Shown: positions 62,535 through 64,000 of the stretch, piece by piece | Layout: each line of letters begins with the position of its first letter | How positions within the stretch are numbered: the stretch's first letter is position 1 | Assembly (NCBI GenBank): GCA_025057315.1 | Contig: JANWXW010000079.1 | Span: forward strand, 3,434 to 67,433 | Length of the DNA stretch: 64,000 nucleotides | From: Myxococcota bacterium | Lineage (GTDB): Bacteria > Myxococcota_A > Polyangia > Palsa-1104 > JAEUJZ01 | Direction: 5' to 3' | Translations under genes and position numbers: made by a program | Notes under the pieces: generated by a model | Seen by the model: the letters and a program-made list of their open reading frames with translations, nothing else | What the model was told of the DNA's origin: nothing | Database searches by the model: none

Positions 62535-62588
62535 GCAAGGGCGCCACTGCCCCCCAAGGCGCCAGAGCCAGACCCAAGGCGCCAGAGC
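62535..62588. repeat. three ~20-bp tandem direct repeats (CAAGGGCGCCACTGC / CCAAGGCGCCAGAGC / CCAAGGCGCCAGAGC) 90-145 bp upstream of gltX
   Basis: Read directly. The last two copies are identical 15-mers with a 20-bp period. Confidence 0.5.
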
Positions 62589-63033
62589 ATCGGGGCAGGG
62601 GAGCCAGACCGACCCCCACGGTCCGGCTCCGGCTCAAAGGAGCAACCCCCCCGGCCCACGCCTGTCAGTCCGGCCGCTCCGGGCAGGATCGGACAGCTGC
62701 CGGAACCCCTGGCAAACGTGGTGGTTGCCTCCATGCAGCATCCATCTTGTGAGTCTTGCAATGTCGATTGTGTTCCCGTCGCCTGCCTGTTTGGACCGTT
62801 GCGATCTGGTTGCGATCTGGCCAGTAAAAAATTTTCTCGTCGAAAAAAATCTCTTGACACCGCCGCAAAAAGATGCGCATGGACTCGCTGCCTGTTATGG
62901 CAATGGTTTTGTAAAAGCGTTATAGGTACCGAGCAGCCAGAAGCGGGTGCCACTGCTCCATTCCGCAGCGGCACTGGCTAGGTCAAAAGGGATGGGTCTG
63001 TCTCCCTTGAGGGAGCACGGGAGGTCATGTCCA

Positions 63034-63549
63034 ATGAACGATCTCGACAACGCAATCGTGCAGGTGGAACGGCTGTATCAGACCTTGACGGGGAGACCAC
63101 CGCCGGTCAGCGAGCGGCCGTACGCGCCCATCCCGGCGGAGCGGGATCCAGTGCAGCAGGTGGAGCAGGAGCTGGATCGGCTGCTCGCCCTGCTCGGGGC
63201 TCCTGTCGTGCGGCCGATGCCAGCGTGGGTACCCCGAGTGACGTTGTGGGAGGGCAGCGGGGAATACCTGCTGCTGGTGGACCTGCCCGGCGTGCGACGC
63301 GATCAGCTCGAGGTGACGCTGCGGGACCATACGCTGGTAATCAGCGGGGTGCGGACCCTGCCGGGGCAAAACGGACACCAGCTTCGGCTGGCGGAGGTGC
63401 CCCATGGGAGGTTCCAGCGCGTGCTCAGTCTGCCGCCCGGCGCCCGCAGCGGCGGGTTGAGCGCCCAGCTGCGCGATGGGGTGCTGGAGGTGCGCATTCC
63501 CCGCGAGGGTCCATCTCCCCCGACGACCGAGACGATCCCGGTGGCATGA
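63034..63549 (+). CDS. Hsp20/alpha-crystallin family small heat-shock protein
   Basis: Alpha-crystallin domain motifs (VTLWEGSGEYLLLVDLPGVRRDQLEVTLRDHTLVISG ... VLEVRIPRE). A GGGAGG SD lies 8 nt upstream of the ATG at 63034. Confidence 0.85.
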   Translation: MNDLDNAIVQVERLYQTLTGRPPPVSERPYAPIPAERDPVQQVEQELDRLLALLGAPVVRPMPAWVPRVTLWEGSGEYLLLVDLPGVRRDQLEVTLRDHTLVISGVRTLPGQNGHQLRLAEVPHGRFQRVLSLPPGARSGGLSAQLRDGVLEVRIPREGPSPPTTETIPVA

Positions 63550-63620
63550 CCACCGAAGGTGTGGGGGGCCTGAGCGGCCAGGTCAACGCCGAGACACACA
63601 ACCCGAAGGAGGAAGGTGCC

Positions 63621-64000
63621 ATGGAAACGGCCAAAGTTGACATTCGCAAGCTGCAGCTCCTGAATGACCGCATCGTGCAGACCATCGATGCCCTGAACCA
63701 GGTCCGTCTGTCCGTGCATGGCCTGGGCCTGTCGCACACCGCTGGCTTCCCGCTGGGGACAACGACCTTCCCGGTCGCGCAGACCCTGAGCCCCATTCCG
63801 ACCGCCTACAACCCCTATGCATATCAGGCGCAGACCATCCAGCCGATGCTGCCGCAGTACCAGACCCTGCCTTACACCACGGGTCTCGCGCACAGCACGC
63901 CGTACTTCGGCCAGCTCCCGTTCATCCCGTACGCCACCCCCTTTGCACCGTTTGGCTATCAGACCCAGACAACGCCCTTGTTTGGCTACGGGCTGAGCCA
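63621..64000 (+). CDS. hypothetical protein, N-terminal helical segment followed by Tyr/Pro/Gln/Thr-rich low-complexity region (3' end outside window)
   Basis: AGGAGGAAGG SD sits 5 nt upstream of the ATG. The frame is open to the window end. The translation METAKVDIRKLQLLNDRIVQTIDALNQ...PYAYQAQTIQPMLPQYQTLPYTTG...FGYQTQTTPLFGYGLS uses high-GC3 codons. It is absent from the ORF track only because it has no stop in the window. Confidence 0.5.
   Translation, partial: METAKVDIRKLQLLNDRIVQTIDALNQVRLSVHGLGLSHTAGFPLGTTTFPVAQTLSPIPTAYNPYAYQAQTIQPMLPQYQTLPYTTGLAHSTPYFGQLPFIPYATPFAPFGYQTQTTPLFGYGLS

Noticed and set aside
62444-62974. ~175-codon N-terminal extension of the gltX ORF in the track (668 aa)
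   Set aside because: GluRS homology, including the HIGH-region motif, begins at [21 protein letters not shown]. The extension is low-complexity and runs through the upstream repeat region.

Overview
This is a high-GC (~68-70%) window from what looks like a Gram-negative, myxobacteria-like genome. The evidence for that guess is Ser/Thr kinases with Pro-rich tails, Kelch lipoproteins, a giant secreted S8 protease, TamB and HemJ. Coding is dense on both strands and many genes overlap at stop/start codons. Recognisable housekeeping genes, by strand:
- + strand: cysS (3' part), thrC, rbfA, hemJ.
- - strand: sucA-sucB, lon, htrA, polA, gltX.
Accessory content:
- A six-gene, translationally coupled MoxR-DUF58-DUF4381-BatA-BatB-BatD operon (Bat aerotolerance-like), in which BatB is a 1105-aa VWA-TPR protein with a ~650-aa coiled-coil tail and BatD is fused to a BatE-like TPR-SH3 module.
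- An orphan eutB.
- A cytochrome c peroxidase.
- An rlmN-like radical SAM gene overlapping a 780-aa fusion of a flavin oxidoreductase with a NapH/NosR-like membrane polyferredoxin.
- A TetR-MFP-RND efflux operon with a perfect operator palindrome.
- A Kelch lipoprotein convergent with a Pro-rich Ser/Thr kinase that has variant catalytic motifs.
- An operon of Tat-signal TldD, signal-less PmbA, YkgJ and a hotdog thioesterase, followed by a 1444-aa S8 protease with a malectin-like C-terminus.
- A TamB-like giant protein.
- A gltX-CPBP protease-receiver-VWA operon.
- An Hsp20 gene with a structured 5' UTR, followed by a Tyr/Pro/Gln-rich partial ORF.
No tRNA, rRNA, CRISPR or obvious mobile element was seen. 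Many long ORFs in the track are antisense artefacts of the high GC content. Hand-indexed coordinates of short motifs may be off by 1-2 nt.
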